Source: a virus (lineage: Duplodnaviria > Caudoviricetes). Taken from it: a stretch of 58,320 nt of DNA. The stretch covers positions 1 through 58,320 of IMG/VR virus record IMGVR_UViG_3300046791_000324. The stretch is one strand, 5' to 3'. The notes beneath the pieces are model-generated. The model searched no databases. It was given only the letters and a program-made list of their open reading frames with translations, and was not told the origin of the DNA. This document shows positions 1 to 9,180 of this stretch, piece after piece. The translations under genes and the position numbers were made by a program. Every line of letters begins with the position of its first letter. Within the stretch, counting starts at the first letter, position 1.

Positions 1-60
1 CGTCGCGATTCCAAGAAGCCCGGCGAAGGTCACCTTGATGTTGTCGGCCACATGGTTCAT
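1..60 (-). CDS. 5' part of a small, possibly membrane protein (runs off the window)
   Basis: ATG at 60, MNHVADNIKVTFAGLLGIAT..., 4 nt after the stop of the upstream gene. Confidence 0.45.
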   Translation of the reverse strand, partial: MNHVADNIKVTFAGLLGIAT

Positions 61-64
61 GGTT

Positions 65-229
65 TTACTCGCCGGCCAGGAGCCGAGCGATTTTGGAGAG
101 GAGGTCATTGTCGGAGTCGCCGGGCATCGGAGGGAAATTCCCTGAGCCGGCGGTGTTGAAAACTTCACAGATTTTTCCGAGAAGGACGTTGTCCGAGTCT
201 CCCGGTTTTGGTGCGGTGTCAGAATACAT
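65..229 (-). CDS. 54-aa protein with an internal repeat (PGDSDNxLLxKI twice)
   Basis: Manual translation MYSDTAPKPGDSDNVLLGKICEVFNTAGSGNFPPMPGDSDNDLLSKIARLLAGE; preceded by a class-II promoter motif. Confidence 0.7.
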   Translation of the reverse strand: MYSDTAPKPGDSDNVLLGKICEVFNTAGSGNFPPMPGDSDNDLLSKIARLLAGE

Positions 230-237
230 AGTCTCTG

Positions 238-266
238 AATAAGTCCGGCTGATTGCGTTACGTCAA
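238..266 (-). promoter_or_regulatory. Class-II (putative late) promoter TTGACG-N17-CTTATT
   Basis: Matches a motif recurring upstream of structural and replication genes. Confidence 0.5.
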
Positions 267-270
267 CGAA

Positions 271-305
271 CAAAAAAGGGCTGCGGAGTTCGTCCGCAAC
301 CCTCT
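271..305 (-). terminator. Rho-independent terminator after the capsid operon
   Basis: AGGGTTGCGGA-CGAAC-TCCGCAGCCCT stem followed by a T run on the minus strand. Confidence 0.8.
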
Positions 306-349
306 CCTACGAACCGGCGTTGCTGCGTGCAAAGCAACACCGACAGTGT

Positions 350-556
350 TTACGAGACTCGGTTGAGCAGCTTGACGAGAAGCTGGTCGAGGGTCTCTGT
401 GGTTTTCGCGGCCACGCCCAAAGACGTGAGGACCGCGACGAGAACCTGAGGAGGTTCATCGTAAGGGGACAGCGTGAGCGAGAACTTGGCGTTCGCCGCT
501 TTCGCGAGCGTCGGCCACTCCTGGTCATGCAGTCCATGTTCAACGAATTCAGCCAT
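350..556 (-). CDS. Small hypothetical protein downstream of MCP (possible virion protein)
   Basis: 68-aa ORF, ATG start, co-oriented with MCP. Confidence 0.65.
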   Translation of the reverse strand: MAEFVEHGLHDQEWPTLAKAANAKFSLTLSPYDEPPQVLVAVLTSLGVAAKTTETLDQLLVKLLNRVS

Positions 557-615
557 AAAAAGAGTTTGGGTCTGTAAGAAAAACTACTCAGTATTTCTTA
601 CAAGACCCAGGTTGA

Positions 616-1896
616 TTAGGCTTCGCAAGTCACGCCCACCGTGGTGAATGCGTCAGACCCAGTGTAGCTGGAGCTGGAAGGCACGGTGCAGTCCGGCAGA
701 CCGAGGTCAGCGGTGCAGCGTTTGTAGAGAATCGGAACCACGAACTGAGGCCGGATGGGCTTGTAGGCGCGGATGATTTGGTATTTGTGCCACCCGAAAT
801 CGCCATAGACGTTACAGTCGTTGTCGATTTGGTAGTGCCATTCCAGTTCGCCCATGTAAAGCTGGGGCGCGAACTTGAACGTGCCTTCACCGACGTAGCG
901 TTCGGGCACGAGGCGCTCGAAGCTCATGTCGGCCAGGAGGAACAACACTTCGTAGTCAGCCGTCAACCACGAGGGGTTGGGCTTCGCATACGCGGTGTTC
1001 TTCGTGGAGTTCGTCACGATGGTGACGGGGTCCACGAGGTTCAGCGTGCCGTTGGCCTTGAAGCCAGTGGCGCGCAGAGGGCGCTGGTCGATACCGAAGG
1101 CGAGGCCTCGGTAAGCGGGAGCAGTCTCCCAGCTATAGCCGGCGAGCGAAAGCTCACCCTGCTTGTAGCCGCCAGTCACGTAAGACTGGAGAACGTCCTT
1201 GACGCCGGACTCGGCGCGGAACAGTTCAATCTGGTCAGCGGAGGCGATGACCCGGAAGTGCGGGCTGCCCTTGTCGCCAGCGTCGAACATCTCGGCGAAC
1301 AGGTTCTCCTTGATGTAGCGGGCGATGTAGTGAAGCGCCTTGAAGCTCATCGGCCCAGTGGGCAGGAGCGGGGCGAACTTCACGCCGATGTCGGTCTCAA
1401 CACCGCCAGTGAACAGCGAGTTGAAATCGTAGCCGGCGACGGCAGTGAACTTCGACGCGGAGCGCAGGTAGAGCTGAGCCCGAATGTCGGAGTTGATGTA
1501 TTGCGTGACGAGCTTCTTGAGCGAGTCCTCGGAGGCGAGGTAGCTCGTCTTGAAAGCCGCGTAGCCTTTCTTGACGCAGACGCGCGGACCGAAGCCACGC
1601 TTCGATTCGAGACGACTGACAAAGTTGATGGCGTCCGTCAGGTCCTGATGCCCCTGGGTTCCGCACAGGTCGGTGTCGCAGACGAATTCGGGCAGGGCCA
1701 GAGAATCGCCAGGAGCAGCCTGGAGCTGGACACTCGTCCTGATTTCATCGGAAACGCCGGACGGGAAAACGCCCCCGCCAATCACGTTCATGAATGGAGC
1801 GTTGGCAGCCAACGTCTTAGCGATGGCCCCCACCAGCCTTTGCGTATCTTTTTGCGCGATGTCACTGACCTGCGCCGGAGTAATGCAGTCACCCAT
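616..1896 (-). CDS. Major capsid protein (probable HK97 fold)
   Basis: 426 aa, strongly biased codon usage, downstream of portal and scaffold; long structured leader and a downstream terminator; assigned mainly from context. Confidence 0.75.
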   Translation of the reverse strand: MGDCITPAQVSDIAQKDTQRLVGAIAKTLAANAPFMNVIGGGVFPSGVSDEIRTSVQLQAAPGDSLALPEFVCDTDLCGTQGHQDLTDAINFVSRLESKRGFGPRVCVKKGYAAFKTSYLASEDSLKKLVTQYINSDIRAQLYLRSASKFTAVAGYDFNSLFTGGVETDIGVKFAPLLPTGPMSFKALHYIARYIKENLFAEMFDAGDKGSPHFRVIASADQIELFRAESGVKDVLQSYVTGGYKQGELSLAGYSWETAPAYRGLAFGIDQRPLRATGFKANGTLNLVDPVTIVTNSTKNTAYAKPNPSWLTADYEVLFLLADMSFERLVPERYVGEGTFKFAPQLYMGELEWHYQIDNDCNVYGDFGWHKYQIIRAYKPIRPQFVVPILYKRCTADLGLPDCTVPSSSSYTGSDAFTTVGVTCEA

Positions 1897-2092
1897 ATTC
1901 TTATCTTAGAAGGACTTGCGTCCCTCAAACTTTCTATCTGAAATGTCCCTTTCGGGACGGTTTAACTCAACAATTTTTCACGATTGAAGTCGTGATGCTT
2001 TTCCGATTCTTTCGGGGGAATCGAAGCCGCCTTGTCGAGCCAACCAAGGAATTAGGCTCTGTCGCGGTGACCAGTCGCGGGTATGGTCAAAG
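1897..2092 (-). other. Structured 5' leader of the capsid gene (about 6 hairpins)
   Basis: TGACCA/TGGTCA, GAGCC/GGCTC, CGATTC/GAATCG, TCACGA/TCGTGA, GTCCC-GAAA-GGGAC, AGGGAC-GCAA-GTCCTT. Confidence 0.55.
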
Positions 2093-2123
2093 AAGAGTGT
2101 TGGAGGAAACCCGGGTCTGTCAA
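2093..2123 (-). promoter_or_regulatory. Class-II promoter for MCP, TTGACA-N19-ACTCTT
   Basis: Recurrent motif at the start of the MCP leader. Confidence 0.5.
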
Positions 2124-2656
2124 CCCGTAAACTTGCGGAGGTAGTCAATCGCCGATTGCAAGAGCTTTTGAGAATCTTTGAAGCCGCCAAGAGCCTTGTT
2201 GCAGTCCGGGCACAGAAGGGCTCTGAATTTTCCGGTCGCGTGGTCGTGGTCCGCCTGTGCCCCGGCGACTCCCCGCGGGCTCAAAGGGCTGAAACAGATT
2301 CCGCATTTCCCGTCTTGGGAGAGGAACGCTTGGTCGAAATGTTCCAGGGAGATTCCGTATTTGCGGCGAAGGACTTGGTCGCGCTGCTTCTCTGGGTTTT
2401 TGTGGTAGTTCTCGCGGACTCTGAGAAGCCGTTTCTTACGGGACTCCTCGGACTCCGGTGCCCAGTGCTCGCGCCGCTTTTTCCGAGCGTTCTCCTGCTT
2501 GCGCCATTCGGGGTCCTTGGATTTTTCCTCCCGCCACGCAGCGTCCCGGCGATAACAACAGTCCTTGCAAATAGTCTCTAGCCCGTCGGAGTTTGACGCC
2601 CGCTTATAGAAGGCCTCCGACGGGTGGGTCTGCTTACAGACTCGGCACGTCTTCAC
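2120..2656 (-). CDS. Endonuclease VII-family (His-Me finger) nuclease, probably a free-standing homing endonuclease
   Basis: N-terminal CRVC...CKDC zinc motif; LRRKYGI...QDGKCGIC...DHDHATGKFRALLCPDCNKALG signature. Confidence 0.9.
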   Translation of the reverse strand: MKTCRVCKQTHPSEAFYKRASNSDGLETICKDCCYRRDAAWREEKSKDPEWRKQENARKKRREHWAPESEESRKKRLLRVRENYHKNPEKQRDQVLRRKYGISLEHFDQAFLSQDGKCGICFSPLSPRGVAGAQADHDHATGKFRALLCPDCNKALGGFKDSQKLLQSAIDYLRKFTG

Positions 2657-2660
2657 ACCC

Positions 2661-3437
2661 TCACCCTACCATATCCTTCCGGACGTGGTCAATTATGGAC
2701 GAGTCTTTGATGCCGTGGACGAAAAAGACGCCTTCCTTGCGAAGACGGTCGAAGACTTGGCGGGGCATGGGCGGCGAACGCCAGAAGGAACGCATCCCCG
2801 GGCAGTTTGCCCAGCCGGCGGCCTTGAAGGTCGGCGCGAGCACCCAATCCCAGCCGGCGGTCGGGCGGCAGCCGCCAATTTTCCGGGCAATCCAGTGCAG
2901 GTATTCCTGGCCGGCGTCCACGAGGCAGTTGCCGTTGATGTGCTTGCCGTCTGTCTCTTTGGGGCCCGGCGGGATAAGCGCGCCAACCATGTGCGCGCCC
3001 TTCGCGTGAAACTTGTCCCAGTTCGCGTGGAGCTGAGAAATCCAGTCGGCGCACATTGGGTTGCCGTCGGCCTCGAACGCGAGCACGGCTTTGTATTGGG
3101 GCATTTTCTTCGCCTCGATTTGCGTGAAGACGTGGTCAACCATGCCGAAGAAAAGCTCGTTGCAGCCGAAGGGCCAGCCCTCCGCGCGGCGGTTCTTGTT
3201 CACGTAGGTGAACGTGTTGAACTTGCTCGACACGTAGGCGACGGTCGCGGGGTCGTTGGTGCAGTCGAAGCGCGCGCAAAAAAGGAAGTCGGCCAGCTTG
3301 GAATGCTCGGGTTCGAGGTCGGCGACGAAGCGGGCCATTCTCATCGCGTCCGCTTTGTCGTTCGCCCAGAACTGAATCGCCAGGAGGATTTTGTTCATGC
3401 TGTTTATTCTGCGGGTTAGGCGAAGATTAAATATCAA
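2661..3437 (-). CDS. Glycosyltransferase-like hypothetical protein
   Basis: 258 aa; GWPFGCN...FEADG (DxD-like)...HINGN...WD...HG pattern; next to a GT2-like gene; true start may be the later M(NKILL). Confidence 0.5.
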   Translation of the reverse strand: MIFNLRLTRRINSMNKILLAIQFWANDKADAMRMARFVADLEPEHSKLADFLFCARFDCTNDPATVAYVSSKFNTFTYVNKNRRAEGWPFGCNELFFGMVDHVFTQIEAKKMPQYKAVLAFEADGNPMCADWISQLHANWDKFHAKGAHMVGALIPPGPKETDGKHINGNCLVDAGQEYLHWIARKIGGCRPTAGWDWVLAPTFKAAGWANCPGMRSFWRSPPMPRQVFDRLRKEGVFFVHGIKDSSIIDHVRKDMVG

Positions 3438-3438
3438 A

Positions 3439-4269
3439 TCACGTCAACCGCCCATAGCAACGGTCCCCGAGATGTCCGCAATACAACGCCATGTCGATGT
3501 GGGTGACGTGGCCGCAGTCGGCGGCGCGCTGGCAGAATGAAACGTCTTCGCCCGCGCCCACGGGCAGACGATTAGATTGTCGCACGGCGGTTTCGTAGTG
3601 GGCCTGGAGCTTCGCGAGCTTCTGTGTCGGGTCAGTCTGTTCCTTGAGGATGTCCCCGAACAAATCGAAGTTGCGGCGAACGTCCTGCTCGTTCGGTGAG
3701 AACCAATTTCCTTCGGTGCCGTCTTCCTTGCGCGCGAGATGCGGATAGCGTTTCTCGATGTCTAGAAAAACAGAACGGTGAACGAGCACTGCGCCGAAGC
3801 CAACCCATGCCGTCGGTTTGATGAGGTCATACGGGCCCTTGCGCGCGTAGGCGTCCTCTTTTTCGGAGGTCATCGCCTCCGCATAAATCGGTTTGCTATT
3901 CGGCGAACGGCCCCAATATACCCCTCCAACCAAAGTCTTGCCATGAGAAAGGAGTCGGTCGATGATGTGGAGTCCGGCGAAAGCATCAGGCAGACGCATC
4001 CCAGTAAGAGCGTTGTGAAGTTTGGCATCGCCGACAGGTAAGATTTCATCACCATCCACCCAAAAAGACCACTCAACACCAGAGCGTAGAAATTCATCCG
4101 TGAGCTTGTTGCGAACGTGCCACACAGCCGCGTCGCCCCAGCGAGCGCGGACGCCGATGCGGCCTTTGTCCATGAGGCGCATGACGCTGAACGCGACTTG
4201 AGGCGCAACCTCGCGATACCACGGGAGAAGAATTTCAACTTGCTTGCCTTCGTGTAGGGTCGTGTTCAT
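3439..4269 (-). CDS. Glycosyltransferase, GT-A/GT2-like
   Basis: RNKL, WVDGD (DxD), GFGAVLVHRSVF, GEDVSFC, CGHLG motifs. Confidence 0.8.
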   Translation of the reverse strand: MNTTLHEGKQVEILLPWYREVAPQVAFSVMRLMDKGRIGVRARWGDAAVWHVRNKLTDEFLRSGVEWSFWVDGDEILPVGDAKLHNALTGMRLPDAFAGLHIIDRLLSHGKTLVGGVYWGRSPNSKPIYAEAMTSEKEDAYARKGPYDLIKPTAWVGFGAVLVHRSVFLDIEKRYPHLARKEDGTEGNWFSPNEQDVRRNFDLFGDILKEQTDPTQKLAKLQAHYETAVRQSNRLPVGAGEDVSFCQRAADCGHVTHIDMALYCGHLGDRCYGRLT

Positions 4270-4554
4270 TTAGTCTTTTTTGCACCTGCACCAGCCGCAG
4301 TCTTTTCCGTGTCCGAAGAAAAGCATAATCTGAAATCGAACGCCGCAGGCGAATCCAAACCGGAGGCACTTGGGCTTATGCTCCCAATCTTCATACCAGC
4401 CTCCCCACGGAACGTCCCACATTTCGAGACGGCACATTCTTAGAGGGGTCGGTCCGTTCCATCCGCCATTGGCGAAGAAGCGAACAGGAGAACGGAATCG
4501 GCGCATCCCCAGAGAAAATGACCAATACCGGCGAGGCGCGCTCTCAACGCTCAT
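4270..4554 (-). CDS. Hypothetical protein
   Basis: 94 aa; ATGA overlap with the upstream gene and abuts the downstream gene. Confidence 0.5.
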   Translation of the reverse strand: MSVESAPRRYWSFSLGMRRFRSPVRFFANGGWNGPTPLRMCRLEMWDVPWGGWYEDWEHKPKCLRFGFACGVRFQIMLFFGHGKDCGWCRCKKD

Positions 4555-5858
4555 GACCCTGCGGTTTGTTCAGCTCGAAGGCGGTCGATTGCGACATCGC
4601 CCTTCTCGTGAATGGTTGGCTGGCTGGCTGCGGCTCCGGGGTTGCTCGGGGCTCCGCCGTCGCGCAGGCTGGTGCGTGTGGCACCTTTGATGCGGGCGAT
4701 GAAGTCGTCGCGCTCCTTGAGCGTGGCTTTCAGCTTCTCGATTTCGGTGGCGAGAGTTTTCTTCTCAGCCTCGTGCTCCTCTTGGAGCATGGGAATCTCG
4801 GCCTGGAGCCGAAGCATCTGAGCGTAGCCGAGCGCGGCAACGGCGCGCATTTCGGGCGACGTGTCCTTGAGCATCAGCTTGACTTGGTCCTGCGTCTGGA
4901 GGACGAATTTGTTCTCGGCTTCGATGCCGGCCTTCTGCTCGGCGGTCGCGTTCGCGGGCACCGACTGAATCTTGAACCACGGGAGCTGCGGAGCGACCTT
5001 GGTCAGGTGCGTCTCGGCGGCGGCGTAGTGGGCCAGCTCGTCCTGCGTCTGGTTCTTCTGGCGCTCGGCCAAAAACTCGGACGCGTTCTTCTTGGCCTCT
5101 TCGATGGCGCGCTTGCGCTGGTCGTTGAGGTCCTCGTTCACGGCGAGCTTGTTCTCGACGTAGCGGCGGGTGACCGGCGGCAGTTTGTCGAGGATGTCTT
5201 CCCACGCGAGGTCTTTCGCCCCGATGGCTTTCATCTTCGCGAGAACGTCGTCGCTCGCGCCGGACTCTTTCAGCTTGGCCCAGATGGACTCTTCGTTCGC
5301 GGTGGCTTCCTTGACGTATTCCTTGAACGTCGGGTCGGCCTCCACGTCCATGCGCTGGCGGAACGCGCGCAGCTCTTTCAGCTCCTCGTCAACCTTCGGG
5401 TCAACGGCGGGGCGGGTCTCCAGCTCCTTTACCTTGGCGGCCAAGTCCTCGCGCTCCTTCGTAACGGCCAGGAGCCGTTCGCGGGAGGTTTTCTTGAGGG
5501 TCTCAAACGAGGTCGCGACTTCGGACTTCGTGTGCGGCGGCAACTGCACGGCGTCGAACTCGTCCTTGACGGGCTCGGGTGTCGCGGGCGTCGCGGGCGT
5601 CACTGCCGGCGTGGCGGCGGGGACGAGGTCGGTGGCCGCGGGGAGGACAACGGCGGGCGCTCCGGCATCCGGCTTCGGCGCGCTGGCCGGAGGCGTGGAC
5701 GCCGCGGGCGCGGCTGCGGCGGGCTCAGTTACGGGCGCGTCGAAAGGTTTGAAAAGGGCGTCAAGCGCGGAGCCGGTGTCGGCGATGGCGGCTTGGTCGG
5801 GTTTGATGTCAACCCCCGGAGGGATGGACGACAGTTCGGGAAGGGCGGTGTCAGCCAT
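4551..5858 (-). CDS. Capsid scaffolding/assembly protein
   Basis: Pro/Ala-rich disordered N-terminus then long coiled coil; lies between portal and MCP; start taken at M(ADTAL). Confidence 0.65.
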   Translation of the reverse strand: MADTALPELSSIPPGVDIKPDQAAIADTGSALDALFKPFDAPVTEPAAAAPAASTPPASAPKPDAGAPAVVLPAATDLVPAATPAVTPATPATPEPVKDEFDAVQLPPHTKSEVATSFETLKKTSRERLLAVTKEREDLAAKVKELETRPAVDPKVDEELKELRAFRQRMDVEADPTFKEYVKEATANEESIWAKLKESGASDDVLAKMKAIGAKDLAWEDILDKLPPVTRRYVENKLAVNEDLNDQRKRAIEEAKKNASEFLAERQKNQTQDELAHYAAAETHLTKVAPQLPWFKIQSVPANATAEQKAGIEAENKFVLQTQDQVKLMLKDTSPEMRAVAALGYAQMLRLQAEIPMLQEEHEAEKKTLATEIEKLKATLKERDDFIARIKGATRTSLRDGGAPSNPGAAASQPTIHEKGDVAIDRLRAEQTAGS

Positions 5859-5884
5859 AAGCACAGTTCGTAGTTATCGGTCGA

Positions 5885-6232
5885 TTAAGAGGTTGTCGGT
5901 TTATCAGATTTGTCAACCGCCGCTTTGTCTTCTTCCACCCAAGCGGAGTCGTCGTCGAGAGACTTGTAGTTCTCGGACGCGACCTCGGGGACCACAGGCT
6001 CGTTCGGGTTCTCGTAGGTCAGCTTGAAAATGACTTCGAGGACCTCGTTGAATCCGTCCACCTTGCCGGCGGCGACGAGCGTTTTATTTTTGTGCGTCCC
6101 GTCGAGCAGGGCGGGCTTGGCGATGTCCACGATTTGCAACATGCGCTGGCCGGAGGGTGATTCGAGAAAAGTCCGGAGGCGCGACGCGTCTTCGGAATTC
6201 CACTCGACGACTTTTGGCGAGAAGATAATCAT
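5885..6232 (-). CDS. Small protein following the portal (Bbp19-like position)
   Basis: FLESPSGQRML motif typical of the small gene after portals; overlaps the portal stop. Confidence 0.6.
   Translation of the reverse strand: MIIFSPKVVEWNSEDASRLRTFLESPSGQRMLQIVDIAKPALLDGTHKNKTLVAAGKVDGFNEVLEVIFKLTYENPNEPVVPEVASENYKSLDDDSAWVEEDKAAVDKSDKPTTS
5887..5916 (-). promoter_or_regulatory. Class-II promoter TTGACA-N18-CCTCTT
   Basis: Upstream of the scaffold gene. Confidence 0.6.
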
Positions 6233-8349
6233 TGAGGTAGCGGTTGTCCCATCGGGCCCATTTGCGGTGCGCCGGCTGCCTGGGCGGGCAGTGCTCCGGT
6301 CTGGTCAATCTGGTGAGCCATCTGGAGGCCCGCGTGTTGGTCCGCGGTGTCAGCGTGCTCCTGCGCGTTCTGTTCGAGCGCGGCCATCTCTTTCTGGAGA
6401 TGGTTGAGCAGGTCGGCAATCGGGGCGATTTCGTTTTTGTCAACGCCCTGCTGCGTCGCAAAGTTTACGTGCTCCATGCCGTGAGACATGAGAGCCTTGA
6501 GCGTCTCCACCTGGGTCGGGTCTTGAAGCGCGGCCTTCGCCACAGATTCGAGAGCGGGCACCAAAAGCTGCAAGTGCATCATGTGATTGTCGCGAGGGGC
6601 GACAGGCACAGGAGCCGAATGGCTGATGATGTGGTCAAGCTCGAACATCTGGATGCGGCTCTGCTCGGCCTGTTCTCCGGGGTCGTTGTCCGGCAGCAAC
6701 ACGGCGTCCGCGAACTCTTCGTCAATCTGCGCGGTGAGCTTGCGGCGTTCGAGTTCCTTCGCGTTGTAAAGCGGGTTGCCCCGGGCCTCTTGCGCGATGA
6801 GAATGATTTGCTGGCGTTCGAGGTCCGTGTAGTCCTTCACCGTCTCGGCGACGCGCTGGCTGGAAATGTAGTCCAGCTCCTCGCGCGACATCACCAGCAA
6901 AAGCCGGCGTTGCATGTCGAGGGCGTCCTTCTCGGTCGTGTCTGGGTCGCACGCGCATTTCTGAACGGTCGTCATCATGTCGGCGAACTGGTTCAGCGCG
7001 CGACCGATGATGTTGTCCTTCGACTCTCCTTCGCGCTGAGCGAAGAAGTCCACCTGGGCCTTCGTCACGCGTTCGCCCTCGAACACGCGCGGCGTGGTAG
7101 CGCCGGCAATCTGGTCGAGCAGGCTGGTGAGAAATTGGTCGAGCTGCAAGAAGGGCTCGACAGCCCCTTCGATTTTCCGGTCGAGGACTTCGTAGCCCTT
7201 GCCGATGAGAATGGTGTTGCCGACGACGCTCATGCGGAATTTCTTGAGCATCTTCTCGTCGCCTTGGATGACGAGCTTTCCGCTGAGGTTCAAGCGGTCC
7301 GCGACTTCGTTGCGCGTGCGGTCGAGCATCGCGGCGAGAGAATAAATCTCGCGGCCAATTCCTTTCGAGCCGTGGATGTTTCCGTTGCCGTGTTGGAAGG
7401 AAAAGAACACGCAGGCGTCCGACATGTTCTCGAACTCGTCCTCTTTTTCGTAGAGGCAGTCAAATTGGTTCGCGACGTAGATGTAGTGGCTGACTTTTCC
7501 CGTGGTTTCGCGCGCGAGAAGGTGCCACGTCTCGATGATGCGCGCGCCCTGCTCGTGAGAGATGCCGACGTTGCTCTCGCGAATCAAATCCTCATACATC
7601 CGCTCCCAGTTCGAGTATTTTGCGCGCCGATTCTCGGGAACTGCGTTGTTGATGGCTGCGACGGTCTCCGGAATGTTCCAGCCGGCGATTTTCGCGGCTT
7701 CTTTGTCCTCAATCAGGCCGAAAAGCTCGTGGATGAGGTATTTTTCCTTGAGCACGACGATTTGCGCGCTGTCCGAGTGCTGCTTGGTGCCCGTGGGGAC
7801 GAAAAACTCGTCCTGGCGCACGAATTTGGGGAACCACTCGAAGCGGTTGAGCCGGCTGGCGGCGCAGAAGCCGAAAAGTGCGTCCTCCTGGAAGATTTCA
7901 GTGAGAAGATTGTTCCAACCGGGCTTCTGGCGGCACAGTTTCGTGATTTCTCCGCGGAAGGCTTCGGTTTTCTTGGCCGCGCCGGGGGCGTCATCGGGGA
8001 AATGGCTGTTCGTCAGGTATTTCATCGACTGAATCGACATCACGAAGCGTGGTGCGACTTTGTCGATGAGCATCGGCAGCGGTTTGGTCGTGAAATTCGA
8101 TTTCCAGTCGAGCCCGTCCTGCTTCAACGCGTCGTGCGTGTAGGGTCGCTCGCTGTTATACTTCGCCATGATGCGCGCGTTCTTGATGTTGCGATGGCGG
8201 TTGTTCACTTCGAGCGAAGTGATGATGTTTTTCGCCTGCATCGCGTCTTTGATGGCGCGGTTGCGGGGTTTCAGATTCGGCCCGATGTCCGGCGGGGAGA
8301 CGGCACCCTGTGTGTCGCCAGTGTAGCCGGCGGTTTGGTTCTCAAGCAT
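6229..8349 (-). CDS. Portal protein
   Basis: 706 aa, downstream of TerL; helical, Q-rich C-terminus with DNHMMH, as in P22-like portals. Confidence 0.75.
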   Translation of the reverse strand: MLENQTAGYTGDTQGAVSPPDIGPNLKPRNRAIKDAMQAKNIITSLEVNNRHRNIKNARIMAKYNSERPYTHDALKQDGLDWKSNFTTKPLPMLIDKVAPRFVMSIQSMKYLTNSHFPDDAPGAAKKTEAFRGEITKLCRQKPGWNNLLTEIFQEDALFGFCAASRLNRFEWFPKFVRQDEFFVPTGTKQHSDSAQIVVLKEKYLIHELFGLIEDKEAAKIAGWNIPETVAAINNAVPENRRAKYSNWERMYEDLIRESNVGISHEQGARIIETWHLLARETTGKVSHYIYVANQFDCLYEKEDEFENMSDACVFFSFQHGNGNIHGSKGIGREIYSLAAMLDRTRNEVADRLNLSGKLVIQGDEKMLKKFRMSVVGNTILIGKGYEVLDRKIEGAVEPFLQLDQFLTSLLDQIAGATTPRVFEGERVTKAQVDFFAQREGESKDNIIGRALNQFADMMTTVQKCACDPDTTEKDALDMQRRLLLVMSREELDYISSQRVAETVKDYTDLERQQIILIAQEARGNPLYNAKELERRKLTAQIDEEFADAVLLPDNDPGEQAEQSRIQMFELDHIISHSAPVPVAPRDNHMMHLQLLVPALESVAKAALQDPTQVETLKALMSHGMEHVNFATQQGVDKNEIAPIADLLNHLQKEMAALEQNAQEHADTADQHAGLQMAHQIDQTGALPAQAAGAPQMGPMGQPLPQ

Positions 8350-8358
8350 AACTAAAGC

Positions 8359-8387
8359 AATAGGTTCACGTTTTTACCAACGGTCAA
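8359..8387 (-). promoter_or_regulatory. Class-II promoter TTGACC-N17-CCTATT
   Basis: 9 nt upstream of the portal ATG. Confidence 0.55.
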
Positions 8388-8604
8388 CCGGGCATTTCTC
8401 GGTTGTGAGCTGGGTTTTCAGGCCCAAAAAGCAGGAGCATCGGCGGCACTGGTCGGTTTGGGGGTCCCGGTGGAAGCAACAGTTGCAAGTCCGGCGTCGT
8501 TTTTTCAACGTCCGGCCAGAGACGAACACTTCGTCGCCCCGCCAGTAGGCTCGGGCCACGCGGAGAAGCGCCGTCGCGGCTCGAAATGGGTTCGGGAAGA
8601 CCAT
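8374..8604 (-). CDS. Small Cys-rich metal-binding protein
   Basis: RRRTCNCC...QCRRCSCFL...EKCPVDRW; start taken at M(VFPNP). Confidence 0.7.
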   Translation of the reverse strand: MVFPNPFRAATALLRVARAYWRGDEVFVSGRTLKKRRRTCNCCFHRDPQTDQCRRCSCFLGLKTQLTTEKCPVDRW

Positions 8605-9179
8605 CAGCAACTCCTTCGCCAGCATTCCGCCGGCAAGCTGGCGTCCTGGCGCTGTGGGACAGCGAGATGAACGACGGTGCAAACGTCTTCTTCGAGGGCG
8701 GAGCACACCGCGATACCAGCGTGGACCGGGTCTTGCCCGTTGAGGATGCCCCGGCGGCTGGTCGCGACGCTGGAGGCGCAGCTTCCGCACGTCGTCGGGA
8801 GGCTTCTCTGCCTCGGGCAGCGGGCGCAGATTTGCGCGCGCGCGAGAGCGACGTTGCGGTCGATAAGTTTAATGTGGCCGAGGCGCTTTTCCTGGCTGAG
8901 CCAGCCCATGTAGTTGAGAATTTTCGCCATCAGGTTCCCATTCGGCGATTCAGGAATCGGTCCGGGCCCGTTCGTGTCTTTGCAGAAGCCGCGGTTTCGC
9001 CCGCAGAGCTGCGTCATGATTTCGAGCGTGGGGTTTCCCACGTCCTGAGCGCGGCGCTGGCGATACTCAATGAGCTGCTTGACGAGCAAGTTGAAACTGC
9101 TGGCCTTGTGCTTGGTCCCTTCGGCGTCTTTGAACCACCAGCCGCCGTCGGGCCAGAGGTTCGGATTCATGGTCAGCAT
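8604..9179 (-). CDS. Cys-rich hypothetical protein
   Basis: RAQICARCP...CGSC...CSAL...C...ECW; between TerL and portal. Confidence 0.7.
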   Translation of the reverse strand: MLTMNPNLWPDGGWWFKDAEGTKHKASSFNLLVKQLIEYRQRRAQDVGNPTLEIMTQLCGRNRGFCKDTNGPGPIPESPNGNLMAKILNYMGWLSQEKRLGHIKLIDRNVALARAQICARCPRQRSLPTTCGSCASSVATSRRGILNGQDPVHAGIAVCSALEEDVCTVVHLAVPQRQDASLPAECWRRSC

Positions 9180-9180
9180 A

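Noticed and set aside
5575-5720. Short GC-rich tandem repeats (e.g. GTCGCGGGC twice)
   Set aside because: They simply encode the Pro/Ala/Thr low-complexity linker of the scaffold protein
778-8355. Long plus-strand ORFs (778-1941, 4566-5873, 6244-8355)
   Set aside because: Antisense shadows of GC-rich, codon-biased real genes, with no protein motifs
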